Origin: Dehalococcoidia bacterium | GTDB lineage: Bacteria; Chloroflexota; Dehalococcoidia; Lucifugimonadales; UBA1123 | Length of the DNA: 64,000 nucleotides | Assembly: GCA_963664365.1 (NCBI GenBank) | Contig: OY761144.1 | Coordinates: forward strand, 425,596-489,595 | Direction of reading: 5' to 3' | Part shown: positions 26,511-35,381 of the stretch, in pieces | Position numbering within the stretch: position 1 is the first letter of the stretch | Layout: each line of letters starts with the position of its first letter | Position numbers and translations under genes: made by a program | Notes under the pieces: model-generated | Databases searched by the model: none | What the model was told of the DNA's origin: nothing | The model's input: only the letters and a program-made list of their open reading frames with translations

Positions 26511-27910
26511 TGTCTTGGCGCCGGACGGTACAACTAGGGCGGTAGTCATTGGTGCCACGAGCCCGTGCCGGAATCTGCCTGGGAGGCTGGCAGGAACATA
26601 AGATTGTCGCCCCGCTACTGCGGTGAGCACGCATGGTAAAGTCGTTGAGAGAACAGCCTCCCACCGGCCGGCAGCTAGTCTCAGGAGGAGAAGTATGGAA
26701 GTCGTACATGAACGGTGCTGTGGCCTGGACGTACATAAGAAGTCGGTGGTGGCCTGTGTAATAACGGGTGAGTCTCATCAGACGAGGACGTTTGGCACAA
26801 CGACGCGCCAGCTTGTGAAGTTGTCTGAGTGGCTTCGGCAGCAAGGTGTCACTCATGTGGCAATGGAGAGCACTGGGATCTACTGGAAGCCTGTCGTCAA
26901 CCTTCTGGAGGAGGAGTTCACTGTCTGGGTGGTCAACGCGCATCACATCAAGACGGTGCCGGGCCGCAAGACCGACGTCAAGGATGCCGAATGGATAGCC
27001 GACTTGCTGCGGCACGGGTTGTTGAAGCCCAGCTTTATCCCGGAGCGTGAGCAGCGTGAGCTTCGGGAGTTGGTGCGCTACCGGCGGAGCTTGGTCCAAG
27101 AGAGGTCGCGAGAGGCCAACAGGATACAAAAGGTACTTGAGGGTGCCAACATCAAGTTGGGATCGGTAGCTACCGACGTGCTGGGGGTGTCTGGCAGGAT
27201 GATGCTGACTGCCCTCGCTGATGGAGAGGAAGACCCGAAGGTGCTGGCAGACATGGCCAAGGGACGGCTTAGGGAGAAGCTCGATGCGCTGGAAGAGGCC
27301 CTGGAGGGCGTGGTGGGGTCTCACCAGCGCTTCATGTTGGCCACCCAGTTGCGACGCCTCAGCACCTTGGACGCCGATGTTGAGAGACTGGACGCGGAGG
27401 TGTCTCGGAGGGTTCACCAGCACAGGGATGTCATACAGGTGGTCGATACCATCCCTGGGGTGGGCCGTCGCACCGCTGAGACAATCGTGGCGGAGATGGG
27501 TACCGACATGGACAGGTTTGCCACGCCCGGACACTTGGCCTCGTGGGCTGGGGTGAGTCCTGGGAACAAGCGAAGCGCAGACAGGAGCAAGCGAAGCCCG
27601 GTCAAGAAGGGCAACAACTCGCTTCAGTCGGCCTTGGTGGAAGCTGCCAGGGCTGCCTCCCGGACCAAAACCTACCTGGGAGCACAGTACCACCGCCTGG
27701 CTCGACGCATCGGAGCCAACAAAGCCGCCATGGCCGTCGCCCACTCCATCGCCGTCATTCTCCACTCCATCATCAAGAACAAGGAGCCTTTCGTGGACCT
27801 GGGACACAACTACTTTGAAGAGCGCGACAAGACCGCCATCGCCCGCAGAGCTGTTCGCCAACTCGAACGGCTGGGGCACAGAGTCACCCTGCAAGCTGCC
27901 TGAATTGTCT
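26511..27910 (+). mobile_element. IS110-family insertion sequence (about 1.4 kb) inserted into a P2-type composite repeat
   Basis: The flanking repeat matches intact copies (e.g. 60161-60290) up to GATGAAAA on the left and resumes at ATTTTCATGGTAATGACGG on the right. TGTCT is present at both junctions (26511-26515 and 27906-27910). There are no terminal inverted repeats. The 5' non-coding part is ~180 nt and the 3' part is very short. Confidence 0.7.
26695..27903 (+). CDS. IS110-family DEDD transposase/recombinase
   Basis: ATG at 26695 preceded by AGGAGGAG. Motifs [29 protein letters not shown], and the C-terminal Transposase_20-type segment [22 protein letters not shown]....[10 protein letters not shown]. 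Confidence 0.85.
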   Translation: MEVVHERCCGLDVHKKSVVACVITGESHQTRTFGTTTRQLVKLSEWLRQQGVTHVAMESTGIYWKPVVNLLEEEFTVWVVNAHHIKTVPGRKTDVKDAEWIADLLRHGLLKPSFIPEREQRELRELVRYRRSLVQERSREANRIQKVLEGANIKLGSVATDVLGVSGRMMLTALADGEEDPKVLADMAKGRLREKLDALEEALEGVVGSHQRFMLATQLRRLSTLDADVERLDAEVSRRVHQHRDVIQVVDTIPGVGRRTAETIVAEMGTDMDRFATPGHLASWAGVSPGNKRSADRSKRSPVKKGNNSLQSALVEAARAASRTKTYLGAQYHRLARRIGANKAAMAVAHSIAVILHSIIKNKEPFVDLGHNYFEERDKTAIARRAVRQLERLGHRVTLQAA

Positions 27911-28016
27911 ATTTTCATGGTAATGACGGTTTGGTTGGTGTGGCTGCTATTTTCATGGTAATGACGGAGAATGTAGTTGTATCCATCAAATCTAAGTGGT
28001 CAGAGTACTCTGTCTC

Positions 28017-29030
28017 TCAATCCAAGGATTGGCTGAGTTCGGCGACGGCGTTTAGTTTGGCTTGGGCGGCGCCGGAGTCTATCGACCTTGCGGCCAACTG
28101 CATCCCGATGTCCAACGATGCCGCTTTGCCGGCGGCAAAGAGGGCCGCGGCGGCGTTGAGCAGCACGACATCGCGCGCGGGTCCGCTCTCTCCGGTCAGC
28201 ACGGAGCGGGCTATTTGGGCGCTGTGCTCGGCGCTCGTTGCCCGGATCGAGTCGGCGGACGACGTTGGGACGCCGAGGTCGCCGGGGTTCACCTCGAACT
28301 GCGTGACCTCTCCGTTCTCCAACAGCCAGACGGTGGACGGGCCGGTAATCGTGATCTCGTCCATGCCGTCTGAGCCGTGAACGACGAGGGCCTTGCGGCT
28401 ACCGAGTTGGCCCAGTACGCGGGCCATGCGGTCGGCCATGGACGGGTCGGCGATTCCGATCACCTGCCTGTCGGCGCCCGCGGGATTGGTCAGCGGTCCG
28501 AGGATGTTGAAGACGGTGCGAATGCTTATCTCCCTTCTGGGACCGGCGACGAAGCGCATCGAGGGATGGTAGCCCTGAGCGAACATGAAGCCGAATCCGG
28601 CCTCGTTCAGACACCGCGCTACCGACTCCGGCGATAGGGCGATCTTGACTCCGAGCGCTTCGAGAACGTCGGCGGAACCCGTGGAGCCGGACATAGCGCG
28701 GTTGCCGTGCTTGGCGACGGCGACTCCGGCCCCGGCGGCGACGAAAGCGGCTGTGGTCGATATGTTGAAGCTGCCCGAGCCGTCCCCTCCGGTTCCGCAC
28801 GTATCGACGACAGGGCCATCGACAGAAACATGAAGAGACTTCTCGCGCATCACGCGGGCCATTCCGGATATCTCCTCAACGGTCTCGCCTTTGACGCGGA
28901 GGGCGGTCAGGAACGACCCGACCTGTGCAGGGGTAGCCTCGCCCGTCATGATCTGTTCCATAACCGCCGATGCCTGGCCGGCGCTGAGCGACGCCCCGTC
29001 AACGAGTAACTGTATCGCGTCCTGTATCAT
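28017..29030 (-). CDS. trpD: Anthranilate phosphoribosyltransferase
   Basis: 337 aa with TGEATPAQVGSFLTALRVKGET and DTCGTGGDG. The start overlaps the trpG stop (ATGA). Confidence 0.9.
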   Translation of the reverse strand: MIQDAIQLLVDGASLSAGQASAVMEQIMTGEATPAQVGSFLTALRVKGETVEEISGMARVMREKSLHVSVDGPVVDTCGTGGDGSGSFNISTTAAFVAAGAGVAVAKHGNRAMSGSTGSADVLEALGVKIALSPESVARCLNEAGFGFMFAQGYHPSMRFVAGPRREISIRTVFNILGPLTNPAGADRQVIGIADPSMADRMARVLGQLGSRKALVVHGSDGMDEITITGPSTVWLLENGEVTQFEVNPGDLGVPTSSADSIRATSAEHSAQIARSVLTGESGPARDVVLLNAAAALFAAGKAASLDIGMQLAARSIDSGAAQAKLNAVAELSQSLD

Positions 29031-29623
29031 GATCGGCCTCCTGATGTGGCGTTCGTGGCGGGCATGTCTAGGAAGTTTTGCAGGATGTCCTTGCCGACTT
29101 TGGTCATTATCGACTCGGGGTGGAACTGGATTCCTTCAATCGGATACTCCTTGTGGCGGACTCCCATGATTACGCCGGAGTCTGACCAGGCGGTGATTTC
29201 CAGATCGTCGGGCAGGTCTTCAGGGTACACGGCCAGGGAGTGGTATCGGATGGCCTCGAACGGGTTGGGCAGGTTCTTGAAGACGCCTTTGCCGTCGTGG
29301 GAGATGAGCGACATCTTGCCGTGCATAATCTCCCCGGCTCCGTCCACCTTGCCGCCGAAGGCGTAGCCGACGCACTGGTGGCCGAGGCAGACGCCGAGCG
29401 TGGGCTTTTGCGGACCGAATCGGCGGAGAACGTCGTTGGATATGCCCGCCTCAGCCGGAGTGCATGGGCCGGGAGAGATGACGATGCGGTCGGGAGCCAT
29501 GCGCTCGATCTCGTCTATCGAGATCCGGTCGTTGCGGGCGACGGTGACGTCGGCGCCCAGTTCGCAAAGGTACTGGTAGAGGTTGTAGGTGAAGCTGTCG
29601 TAGTTGTCTATGAGGAGTATCAT
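29027..29623 (-). CDS. trpG: Anthranilate synthase component II (glutamine amidotransferase)
   Basis: Start MILLIDNYDSFTYNLYQYL at 29623 preceded by AAGGAGA. Catalytic GVCLGHQ, and a HPES motif near the C-terminus. Confidence 0.9.
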   Translation of the reverse strand: MILLIDNYDSFTYNLYQYLCELGADVTVARNDRISIDEIERMAPDRIVISPGPCTPAEAGISNDVLRRFGPQKPTLGVCLGHQCVGYAFGGKVDGAGEIMHGKMSLISHDGKGVFKNLPNPFEAIRYHSLAVYPEDLPDDLEITAWSDSGVIMGVRHKEYPIEGIQFHPESIMTKVGKDILQNFLDMPATNATSGGRS

Positions 29624-29714
29624 GTCGGTCTCCTTTCCGGCGGTTGGGGATGAAGGCGGTTTCAATCACCCTCACCCTAGCCCTCTCCCTCAAGGGAGAG
29701 GGGAAAAGTTGGTC

Positions 29715-31160
29715 TCAGATGTCTAATTCGCGTTCGGCTTCGTCTATGGCGGTTAGTATGGCGCCTGCTTTGTGGAGCGTTTCCATGTATTCGAATTCGG
29801 GGGTTGAGTCATACACGATTCCGCCGCCGGCCTGTACGTGGGCGACGCCGTCTTTGACGACGAGCGTCCTGATGGCGATTGCGGTGTCCATGTTGCCGGA
29901 CAGGTCGAAGTAGCCGACGGCTCCGGCATAGACGCCGCGGCGGTCGGGTTCGAGCTCGGCGATTATCTCCATGGCCCTTATCTTTGGCGCGCCGGAGACG
30001 GTTCCCGCCGGGAAGCAGGCCCTGAGAGCGTCGTATGCGCTGTATCCGTCCTGAAGTTGGCCGGTGACGTGGGACACCAGGTGTATGACGTGGGAGTATC
30101 GCTCGATGTCGAGCGTCTGCGTGACCTCGACGGTGCCGGGCTTGGAGACGCGGCCCACGTCGTTGCGGCCCAGGTCTAGGAGCATGATGTGTTCGGCGCG
30201 TTCCTTCTCGTCGTTTCTCAACTCCTCTTCGAGGGCGAGGTCTTCTGCCTCGTTCCTGCCGCGCCGCCGCGTCCCGGCGATGGGATGAACCGCAACCCGC
30301 CCGTCCACAACCTGCACCAGCAGTTCGGGCGACGCTCCGACGATCTGGAAGCCGTCGAGGTCCAGATAGTACATGTAGGGCGACGGGTTGATCGCGCGCA
30401 GGGAGCGGTAGATCTGGAACGGGTGGGCCGAGGTCGGGCGGGACATGCGCTGGGCGACGACGGTCTGGATGATATCGCCGGCGATGATGTACTCGCGGGA
30501 CTTCTCCACCATGCCGTCGTAGCTCTCGCGAGTCATGTTGAACTCAATATCGGCGCCGGTCGGCTGGTCGAGATTGGGTTCTGGGAGCCGGGGCTGGGCG
30601 CTGAGCCTGCGGATCACGTCGTCGATGCGGGCGGTGGCGGCTTCGTAGGCGGCCCTGGGGTCGCCGTCGAGATAGGCGTGGCTGACGACCTTGATCTTGT
30701 GTCTTACGTGGTCGAAAATCAGGTATGTCGTCGTCATCATGAAGATCGACTCCGGCACCTCCAGTGGATCCGCGTCCGGGGTCGGCAGGTTCTCGAAGTA
30801 GCGGACGGCGTCGTAGGCGATGTAGCCGACCGCGCCGCCGTTGAACTTGTCCAGGTAGTCGACGTCGGCCAGCTTGTACTTTGACAGCATCCGCTCGACC
30901 GGCTCAAGCGGGTCCACGGCGCCCAGGTCTTCGCCGGGGCCGGTCTTGATGACCTCTCTGGGGTCAGCGCCGATGAAGCTGTACCGCGCGACGTGCTCGC
31001 CGCCTTCCACGCTCTCCAGAAGGAACGAATACGGTCCGCGCGCGACCTTGAGGTAGGCGGACACCGGCGTTTCGAGGTCGGCGTTGATTTCGCGGTACAC
31101 GGGAACGAGGTTGGCGCTACCCGTGTGGGACTTCACCTCTTCGAGTGACGGATGGTACAT
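29715..31160 (-). CDS. trpE: Anthranilate synthase component I
   Basis: Start MYHPSLEEV at 31160 (GAGGAA upstream), 11 nt after the trpS stop. Motifs LLESVEGG and GAVGYF. The upstream part of track ORF 29715-31904 is an Arg-rich out-of-frame read of trpS. Confidence 0.9.
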   Translation of the reverse strand: MYHPSLEEVKSHTGSANLVPVYREINADLETPVSAYLKVARGPYSFLLESVEGGEHVARYSFIGADPREVIKTGPGEDLGAVDPLEPVERMLSKYKLADVDYLDKFNGGAVGYIAYDAVRYFENLPTPDADPLEVPESIFMMTTTYLIFDHVRHKIKVVSHAYLDGDPRAAYEAATARIDDVIRRLSAQPRLPEPNLDQPTGADIEFNMTRESYDGMVEKSREYIIAGDIIQTVVAQRMSRPTSAHPFQIYRSLRAINPSPYMYYLDLDGFQIVGASPELLVQVVDGRVAVHPIAGTRRRGRNEAEDLALEEELRNDEKERAEHIMLLDLGRNDVGRVSKPGTVEVTQTLDIERYSHVIHLVSHVTGQLQDGYSAYDALRACFPAGTVSGAPKIRAMEIIAELEPDRRGVYAGAVGYFDLSGNMDTAIAIRTLVVKDGVAHVQAGGGIVYDSTPEFEYMETLHKAGAILTAIDEAERELDI

Positions 31161-31171
31161 TTGACGGTTCC

Positions 31172-32227
31172 TCACGCGGGCAGGACGAATCCGACCCGTT
31201 CCTTCATCTCTTGCAGCTTTGGGCCGGAGACCTCGCGGGCGCGGTCTGCGCCGACGGCGAGCAGCCTGTCGAGTTCGGCGACGTCGTTCATGAGGTCGTA
31301 GTATCGCGCCTGGACTGGGCGAAGTTCTTCTATCACGACCTCTGCGACGCGACGCTTGAGGTCGCCGTAGCCTCGGGCGTCGGCGAAGTCGCGCTCGACC
31401 TCGGCCTCGCTTAGTCCGGTCATGACCTTGTAGATGCCGAGAAGGTTGTTCACGCCGGCCTTTTCGGGGTCGTCGCTGAAGGTTATCTCGTTGCCGGAGT
31501 CGGTGACGGCGCGCATGATTGAGCGCTCGATCTCTTTGGGTTCGTCCAGCAGGCGCACGGCGTGACCCCTTATGTGGGAGTAGCTCTTGGACATCTTGAC
31601 CTGCGGGTCGTTGAGTCCCATGACACGGCCTCCGACTTCGGGAATGACGGCGTCGGGAATGACGAACGTCTCTCCGAACAGGCGGTTGAAGCGGGCGGCG
31701 ATGTCGCGGGTAAGCTCGACGTGCTGGCGCTGATCGTCGCCTACGGGCACCTCGTGGGCGCTGTACAGCACGATGTCGCCGGCCATTAGGACGGGGTAGT
31801 CGAGCAGGCCGGTGGATACGCTGTCCATCCCGGCGGACTTGTCTTTGTATTGGGTCATGCGCTCCAGCCAGCCGACGGGGGTGACGCAGTTGAGAATCCA
31901 GCACGCCTCGGCGTGGGCGGTGACGTGGCTCTGGACGAACAGCGTGCTCTTGTCGGGACTCAAGCCGCAGGCGAATAGGACGGCGGCGAGTTCACGGGTC
32001 TGGCGGCGCAGGTCTTCGGGATCGAATGAGACGGTGATGGCGTGGAGGTCCACGATGCAGAAGAAGTTCTCTTTCTCGTCCTGCTTATCGACCCACTGCT
32101 TGAACGCGCCGATGTAGTTGCCGAGCTGCGGGTCGCCGCTGGGCTGGACGCCGCTGAGTACGCGGCGACGGGCCCGGGACTCCGCCGATTGTTCGAGCGT
32201 AGGCTGTACCTTTGTAGTGGTTGTCAT
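31172..32227 (-). CDS. trpS: Tryptophan--tRNA ligase
   Basis: Start at 32227 preceded by GGAGGA. Class I signatures SGVQPSGDPQLGNYIG (HIGH-equivalent) and KMSKS. 351 aa. Confidence 0.9.
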   Translation of the reverse strand: MTTTTKVQPTLEQSAESRARRRVLSGVQPSGDPQLGNYIGAFKQWVDKQDEKENFFCIVDLHAITVSFDPEDLRRQTRELAAVLFACGLSPDKSTLFVQSHVTAHAEACWILNCVTPVGWLERMTQYKDKSAGMDSVSTGLLDYPVLMAGDIVLYSAHEVPVGDDQRQHVELTRDIAARFNRLFGETFVIPDAVIPEVGGRVMGLNDPQVKMSKSYSHIRGHAVRLLDEPKEIERSIMRAVTDSGNEITFSDDPEKAGVNNLLGIYKVMTGLSEAEVERDFADARGYGDLKRRVAEVVIEELRPVQARYYDLMNDVAELDRLLAVGADRAREVSGPKLQEMKERVGFVLPA

Positions 32228-32274
32228 GATTCCTCCGATTGTCGTCAACTCTGCATTTATCATTGAGCCTGATA

Positions 32275-32588
32275 CGAGATTTTCCAGAAACGAAAGACCC
32301 GCCCCTCGAAAGGGACGGGTCTGGTTTTCCGTGGTACCACCCTAGTTCATCGTCCGTAGAGACGGACGACCTCTTGTCAGGCACGGAGGTCTTGAGCCTC
32401 GATGCCCTGGGCTTCGGTAACGGCGCCCTCTCCGGCCAAGCCTACAACCGTGGTGTGCGGCTTCGGTTGGCGGCTCCCAGGTCCATTCGTCCCCCTCGCG
32501 AGCGCCGGGCTCTCACCCACCCCGGCTCTCTGAGGCCCCGATTGGGGAACTACTAGTCCCGATCTCAGCCTTTCGTGTGTCTGCTGTG
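32275..32588 (-). promoter_or_regulatory. T-box riboswitch leader, Trp specifier (UGG)
   Basis: The minus strand shows AGUAG(K-turn region)...CAGAGAG...GGUGGGUGAGA...GACGAA-UGG-A (specifier)...AACUAGGGUGGUACCACGG (T-box). This is followed by the terminator AGACCCGTCCC-TTTCGA-GGGGCGGGTCT plus TTTCGTTTCT (plus-strand 32295-32322). Confidence 0.8.
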
Positions 32589-32594
32589 TAGGTT

Positions 32595-32625
32595 AGTATA
32601 GCGGAGGGTTGGTGAGGGGTGTCAA
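32595..32625 (-). promoter_or_regulatory. Promoter of the T-box/trpS-trpEGD operon
   Basis: The minus strand reads CCCCTTGACA-19 nt-TATACT. Confidence 0.5.
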
Positions 32626-32652
32626 GGGGCTGGGAGCGCGGGGACTGGCGGC

Positions 32653-32886
32653 CTAACCGGACGCAACGGGAACCGCGATAGGCGCGACCGGCTCGATTCC
32701 AAGCTCGGCGCACCCGTCCAGATAGACATCTATCGAGACTCGGAACTCACGCTTTATGCCCTCCACGTCGGTCGCCTCGGCATTGGCTATTGGGTATGGG
32801 CCGCTGTTGATCACTCTGGCGTGCAGGACCTCGGCCTCATCGTCATAGACCACTTCGCCGACGTATCCCTTATATTCGAGCATCAA
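32653..32886 (-). CDS. HicB-family antitoxin-like protein (N-terminal domain only)
   Basis: 77 aa. MMLEYKGYVGEVVYDDEAEVLHARV...ATDVEGIKREFRVSIDVYLDGCAELGIEP fits the HicB_lk pattern. AGGAGAGGG RBS upstream. No HicA-like ORF is adjacent. Confidence 0.55.
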   Translation of the reverse strand: MMLEYKGYVGEVVYDDEAEVLHARVINSGPYPIANAEATDVEGIKREFRVSIDVYLDGCAELGIEPVAPIAVPVASG

Positions 32887-33082
32887 CCCTCTCCTGTACG
32901 CTCGCCAGAGCCGGGCAGAGTCCTGCTGATCGACCCGCTATTCCGTACCCTTCTTGCCTTCCACACGCATACTCTGCCCCGGTCTGATACCGGGTGGCTT
33001 TCCGTCATCCCGGGGGACACGAGGACCTACTTTCCTCTCCACGGCTCCGTACTCTTCGACTTTCACTCTGCGCTTGAATAGT

Positions 33083-33469
33083 TTAAGCACTGGAATCTGC
33101 CTCTCTCCCCCTGCGGGTTTCAGAGTTCAGCCTGCCATTGTCTCTTAGCATATCGTGGGCTGTGGTTCTTGTCCAACCCCTAGGTCCCGATACTTCCCAA
33201 AGCCACAGTTGATTTCTCCTCTGGGCATTGGGTGGATACGTGCTGTCGTCAATCTTGCCCATGACTCTCAGGTTGTAGAAGTAAGTCGTCAGCAGAACAG
33301 ACCGAACATAATCCGGGACGATATACTCGAATGTGGCTGTTGCCGATTCGCCTGGTTCAACTATGAGTTCGTTTTTGTTCCAGACCCTTGGTATTTCCTC
33401 CAAAACCCTCCAACCCAAATCTTGGTATCTACCGCCGTGGTCGAATGTCTGAGCGTACAGGTTCTCCAC
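33083..33469 (-). CDS. Hypothetical protein (AT-richer ORF downstream of the TerL remnant; GTG start assumed)
   Basis: The C-terminal 128 aa of track ORF 33083-33631 has protein-like composition (ENLYAQTFDHGGRYQDLGWRVLEEIPRVWNKNELIVEPGE...). The upstream part of that ORF is an alternate frame of the TerL remnant. No family was recognised. Confidence 0.25.
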   Translation of the reverse strand: MENLYAQTFDHGGRYQDLGWRVLEEIPRVWNKNELIVEPGESATATFEYIVPDYVRSVLLTTYFYNLRVMGKIDDSTYPPNAQRRNQLWLWEVSGPRGWTRTTAHDMLRDNGRLNSETRRGREADSSA

Positions 33470-33771
33470 ATCTTCATCTCTGTGACGGCGTGGACTAGGG
33501 CGTCGACGCGGTCGGGGGACTGGGAGGGGCCGAGGTCTGGGGTCTTGCCGAAGCCTCTGCCCGCGAGTATCAGCCAGGTGTTCCAGTTGCCGGGCGGCGG
33601 GAGTTGGTCCGGCCGGGCGTGGAGTTCCCATGCGTGATTGAGCCTGAGGGCGTCATGTTCGTCGAGCGCCTGACGATAGACGCGAGCAAGGGCCGCACGC
33701 TGGGCGTGCGGGAGTGGCCTCAACTCGTCGATGATTTCGGATAGGATGTTTTCGGCGGTCGTCATGTTCAT
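33361..33771 (-). pseudogene. Terminase large subunit (TerL) remnant, copy 2 (N-terminus through Walker A fused to the C-terminal end)
   Basis: MNMTTAENILSEI...HAWELHARPDQLPPPGNWNTWLILAGRGFGKT is joined directly to PDLGPSQSPDRVDALVHAVTEM. It retains the TerL N-terminal W..ARP.Q..P.G.W..WL...GRG.GKT Walker A region, but the whole ATPase/nuclease body is missing. The start overlaps the upstream stop (ATGA at 33768-33771). Confidence 0.5.
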
Positions 33772-34673
33772 GGGTCCGGCGGTTTGTCGTCTTCGGAGTG
33801 TGAGGGGTATATTTTGGCGAGTTTCTTCCGCCTTCGTTCTTCGATGGCGGGCCATGCTTTCTGTCGTTCGAGCCGCATCTTGATGTCGGCCTCGAACTTT
33901 TCGGAAGCTTCGTCCAGGTAGGGGGTCGGGTCGAACCATTCGGGTATCTCAGGCACGGTTATGTTGTCTCTGCGACCGTCCGGGTAGGGTGTGAGTGTGC
34001 CCTCGTCCTCCATTCGCCGGAGCTTGGCGCGGAATTCGGCCAGGTCGTCGGGATCGATTTGTCTGACGGGGCGGACGTAGGGTTTGGTCCTCGTTTCGAG
34101 TGCGCTGTCGGTTCCGAGGAGACGGTCGAGCAGGATACGCGCGGCTCTTGCGCGGTGGTAGGGCGTGACTTTCGGGTCGTCTTTGGCCCGGGCGATTTCT
34201 TTGAGTGTGTCTCGGATGGTCTGTCCGTTGTTGGTGATTTCGATGATGTGCTGTTGGATGGTGAAGTGGATGGTGGATTGTGAATAGTGGTTAGTAGATT
34301 GTGGCGAGTGGGTGGTTGGGGCCGGGCCGAGGGCCTGGTCCAGGGAGTCTTTGATTTGGGTTACGGGCCTGGGGTTGGCGGCGGGCACCGAGGGCGATTC
34401 GCGAATCGCCCCTACGTCGTTGGCGTCGTTGGCGTCGGATTTGGGTGTTGGGGCCGGATTGGGGTCGATTTGCCTAGGGCATTTGCCGAATCCTCTGTCG
34501 GCGAGTATGTTGGCGGCAGTGATGCGGTCGTTGGGGGTGGCCTTCTGGTCGTTGCCTTGGGCGATATCGTGTAGGATCTCGATGAGTTCGAGACCGTTGT
34601 CGGTTTCCTCGCGGATGGCGTTGGCGAAGTCGAGGGCCGGGTTAGATGGTGTCTGTTGGGTTTGTTGAGTCAT
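33768..34673 (-). CDS. TerS-like multi-copy family protein, copy 2
   Basis: 301 aa, colinear with copy 1 (MTQQTQQTPSNPALDFANAIREETDNGLELIEILHDIAQG...NDRITAANILADRGFGKCP ... ITNNGQTIRDTLKEIA...YHRARAARILLDRLLG ... EERRKKLAKIYPSHSEDDKPPDP). Confidence 0.4.
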   Translation of the reverse strand: MTQQTQQTPSNPALDFANAIREETDNGLELIEILHDIAQGNDQKATPNDRITAANILADRGFGKCPRQIDPNPAPTPKSDANDANDVGAIRESPSVPAANPRPVTQIKDSLDQALGPAPTTHSPQSTNHYSQSTIHFTIQQHIIEITNNGQTIRDTLKEIARAKDDPKVTPYHRARAARILLDRLLGTDSALETRTKPYVRPVRQIDPDDLAEFRAKLRRMEDEGTLTPYPDGRRDNITVPEIPEWFDPTPYLDEASEKFEADIKMRLERQKAWPAIEERRRKKLAKIYPSHSEDDKPPDP

Positions 34674-35381
34674 TAGTTTTTAGTGGTTGGTGGATAGTGG
34701 GTGTACGACAGTTCTATTTAGAATACATGGTCTTTGGGCTGGTGTCAAGGGGTAGAAGCAGGATTTACGGGATTGGGGGATATTCAGGATGGGGTTGGTT
34801 GGTGGATATAGGTTGTCCACGGGTCACTAAGGGGCGCTAAGGGTTGTATGAAGTGGGAGTTTGGGGATGGGGTGGTTTCGCTGATTGGGTTGGAGGATGT
34901 TCGGGGATTTTAGATTTCTCGCTGCGCTTGGAATCACTATGGCCTTGTCAGGCCACATAAGGGGATGAAAACTGCTTAGCATCTAATTCTCAACCCTCAC
35001 CCTCACCCTCTCCCAGACTTGGGAGAGGGGACTTTCGCGCTCGCGCGCGGGGGAACCGATTGGACTGCCCATGGACGCTTGCTCCCTTTGGATTTTCGCG
35101 CTCGCGCGCGGGGGAGCCTAGTAAAGTGACACAGGCTCTGGCGCCGACATTGGACTGGCAATCGTGGACTATCTATGCTACACAAGAGACAGCGCAAAAC
35201 CATTGACGGTATCAGGATAAGAGACTGTCCCAAGTTGGTAGGCGGGCGTATCACCCTCACCCCCGTATCGAGTACGGGGCAGGCTCTAGCCCTCTCCCTC
35301 AAGGGAGAGGGGATTTTCGCGCTCGCGTGTGCGGCGCCTACTAATCCGGGACAGGTTCTCATGATAAACAGAGGTTCGCCA

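Noticed and set aside
26422-27918. 498-aa minus-strand ORF spanning the IS110 element
   Set aside because: It is antisense to a transposase with clear DEDD motifs. Its composition is Arg/Pro/Leu-rich and typical of the reverse frame of a GC-rich gene, and no motif was recognised.
31161-31904. N-terminal 248-aa extension of the trpE ORF (track ORF 29715-31904). Similar extensions occur at 5751-5930 (coxL), 4921-5448 (coxS), 17260-18453 (ADH), 23444-25204 (pntB) and 35175-35381 (NHL)
   Set aside because: The extensions overlap upstream genes or repeats, are Arg-rich, and are followed by internal starts with good RBS and conserved N-termini.
32887-33090. A HicA toxin expected upstream of the HicB-like gene at 32653-32886
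   Set aside because: The only ORF there (50 aa) lacks the HicA dsRBD-like pattern (..GW......GSH..f). It is reported instead as an unexplained small ORF.
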